A program made the position numbers and the translations under genes. Below the pieces are notes generated by a model, which did no database searches, had not been told where the DNA came from, and saw only the letters and a list, made by a program, of their open reading frames with translations. 64,000 nt of DNA, taken from Verrucomicrobiia bacterium. Its GTDB lineage: Bacteria; Verrucomicrobiota; Verrucomicrobiia; Limisphaerales; JADLHS01. Numbering within the stretch: the first letter of the stretch is position 1; every line of letters starts with the position of its first letter. The stretch is taken from assembly GCA_026125285.1 (NCBI GenBank), contig JAHCLO010000023.1, forward strand, positions 41,855 to 105,854. Reading direction: 5' to 3'. Positions 63,401-64,000 of the stretch are shown piece after piece.

Positions 63401-64000
63401 TACGCTCCATGCGGCAAGCTGATTCTCAAAGAGCGCATACAACTCACTCGCAGAAGGACTCGCGCAACCGGTGTCGAGATGCAGGCCAATTTCAAAGCCT
63501 TGAGCGAGATAGCCAGCCGCCGCCGCCGCCGGCAGGGAGTTGGCAGTGGGATAAATGTAAGACGTGCTGCGAATGGTCTGCCAATCCTCCACGGACCCTT
63601 CAGGATCGCTGTAGGCCAGGTGCTGATCGAATCGTGCCGAAGTACCATCGTTGCCATGTTCATCCCCCGTCATCACTACCGCTGCCTTGTGCCCATGCGG
63701 GAAGTACCAGAATCGCGGCAGTAGTTTCCGGTCGGAATTCATGTGGATGATCATGTTCGCCAGCAACCGCTGCTGCTCGTCCGCCTGCGGGATTGCCACT
63801 TTGTTCAAATCAACCCAATCCGGGAAGAACAGGTCGTTGGGGCGGAAGATTCCATCCCCGTCGGCATCCGTGTCTGCCAAATTGGGATTGCCCTGGCGGG
63901 TGTAAACCACCGAGCGGGCCAGATCATAGGTAAATGCCGCCGCCTGCCCGCCGTTGCCGCCAACGTTGCGGATCGTCACCGCGGGATTGACCGTTGCGGT
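60470..64000 (-). CDS. giant surface protein: N-terminal enzyme-like region, three SbsA-type Ig-like domains, two DUF4082 domains, C-terminal beta-sandwich tail; 5' end beyond the window
   Basis: The reading frame is still open upstream of GTG 63979 through position 64000 (..TATVNPAVTIRNV..). Ig-like units: DTTPPTVVGVSPAGGAVEVS..VVTVTFDEAMDAASL...TEYTVTV...WSFTT. DUF4082 units: GY(I/V)TG(V/L)R(F/Y)Y....G...GHLW.....L....F.....GWQEASFA.PVAI.ANTTYV.SY......NYWVDVVF. Tail: EFTLEWRVVVGRTYELQWKANLLDTEWTPL...GFFRLLDV. Confidence 0.85.
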   Translation of the reverse strand, partial: TATVNPAVTIRNVGGNGGQAAAFTYDLARSVVYTRQGNPNLADTDADGDGIFRPNDLFFPDWVDLNKVAIPQADEQQRLLANMIIHMNSDRKLLPRFWYFPHGHKAAVVMTGDEHGNDGTSARFDQHLAYSDPEGSVEDWQTIRSTSYIYPTANSLPAAAAAGYLAQGFEIGLHLDTGCASPSASELYALFENQLAAWSVQYGNLPAPTTHRNHCIAWSGFTVLPEVGLEFGIRMEASYYYWPGAWAADWPGLFTGSGMPMRFATTDGAAIDVYQAATQMTDESGQVYPYTVDVLLDRALGAEGYYGAFVANIHTDPDPLNEIPSSAELSAAIVSSAISRGVPVISARQLLTWVDARNSSTLQVMGWANDTLTIAVEADAAALGLEAMVPVPDAFDVDSVSHDGDPVAYSLRVVKGIQYAAFPALNGIYEINFVADVTKPAITSVVPEIDAVNVSLSPTISLTFSEAMNPATVNSSTILLRDSLAQPVAATVSYNPANYTVTLVDGPLAFAETYTVTVKSGSEGVRDVAGNTLGGDADFSWSFTTVNQLATSVWDDSAAPAIPSANDAGAVEVGMKFQSAIGGYITGVRFYRGENNPGPHVGHLWNSLNPVTPLAMVEFPTPVEVGWQEASFATPVAIAANTTYVVSYHAPEGGYSVTGEYFTTAGVDNYPLRALSNSESGGNGVFAYGPSGTFPNQSFNAANYWVDVVFEPDTTPPTVVGVSPAGGAVEVSRNAVVTVTFDEAMDAASLTAGTISLSPAPLGTPTVSYDAGTFTATLHPNSLLAAGTEYTVTVQGGEAGVKNLAGLALAADAEWSFTTTEQTSYSIWAETAVPTTAWFEDGGNYELGVVFQSDVAGYVTGLRYYNGQVGSGARTGHLWRRSDQALLGTVEFADPVAVGWQEASFAVPVAIGANTTYVASYYANNGGYAVDTAVQAGNLVAGVTNAPLRALPNGVDGGNGVARVGTGFPNNSTSGVNYWVDVVFALDTTAPTVVGVTPADGATDVSVGAVVTVTFDEAMDPASLTTGTIVLSPAVAGTVSYNALTLTATLTPDAALANATEYTVTVVGGVSGVKDASGNALVADAVWSFTTEAGDTTPPALVSIAESTETPGEFTLEWRVVVGRTYELQWKANLLDTEWTPLDTRTADSTLETFTYDVDAEEVALSGFFRLLDVTP

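Noticed and set aside
1-64000. tRNA, rRNA or tmRNA genes in intergenic regions
   Set aside because: Scanning all gaps over 100 bp by eye showed no cloverleaf-compatible sequence or rRNA-like stretch. A tRNAscan or Infernal run would be needed to be certain.

Overview
High-GC bacterial chromosomal segment. The gene content points to a PVC-superphylum organism, most likely a Verrucomicrobium (inference): a PEP-CTERM protein, a TIGR02597-like protein, a giant DUF4082/Ig-like protein, a TAT-exported Gfo/Idh/MocA plus HEAT-repeat pair, giant beta-helix and ankyrin proteins, and several families of short palindromic intergenic repeats. I can support about 40 protein-coding genes, two degraded IS transposase genes and many repeat or hairpin elements. 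By eye I found no rRNA, tRNA or CRISPR array. The most coherent system is a seven-gene, single-strand respiratory cluster at 8045-16767. It encodes a membrane-anchored tetraheme cytochrome c, a TAT-exported 4Fe-4S protein, an NrfD-like quinol-interacting membrane subunit, an octaheme HAO-family cytochrome, NapD, NapA and a tandem-duplicated tetraheme NapB. It has no NapC, NapGH, NrfA or NrfH, and every larger intergenic gap holds a different palindromic repeat. Other notable items follow. A 63-bp perfect-stem palindrome lies in frame, carrying a TAG, exactly inside the YDLT|STYFEG motif of an IS1634-type transposase. A second in-frame palindrome sits inside an Mqn radical-SAM gene. A DruA-like DUF4338 domain is fused to an ISAs1 transposase that is frameshifted at a C6 tract. 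A WD40-sensor histidine kinase operon, a 1242-aa signal-peptide ankyrin protein, a DUF433/DUF5615 toxin-antitoxin-like pair, and an AT-richer surface-protein island next to the ISAs1 remnant are also present. Housekeeping genes include purF, dprA, tgt, two Hsp20 genes, M1 and S9 peptidases, a GH116-like hydrolase and a TPP-dependent decarboxylase. All family assignments rest on motif recognition in the supplied or my own translations. No searches were run, and start codons are my best choices.
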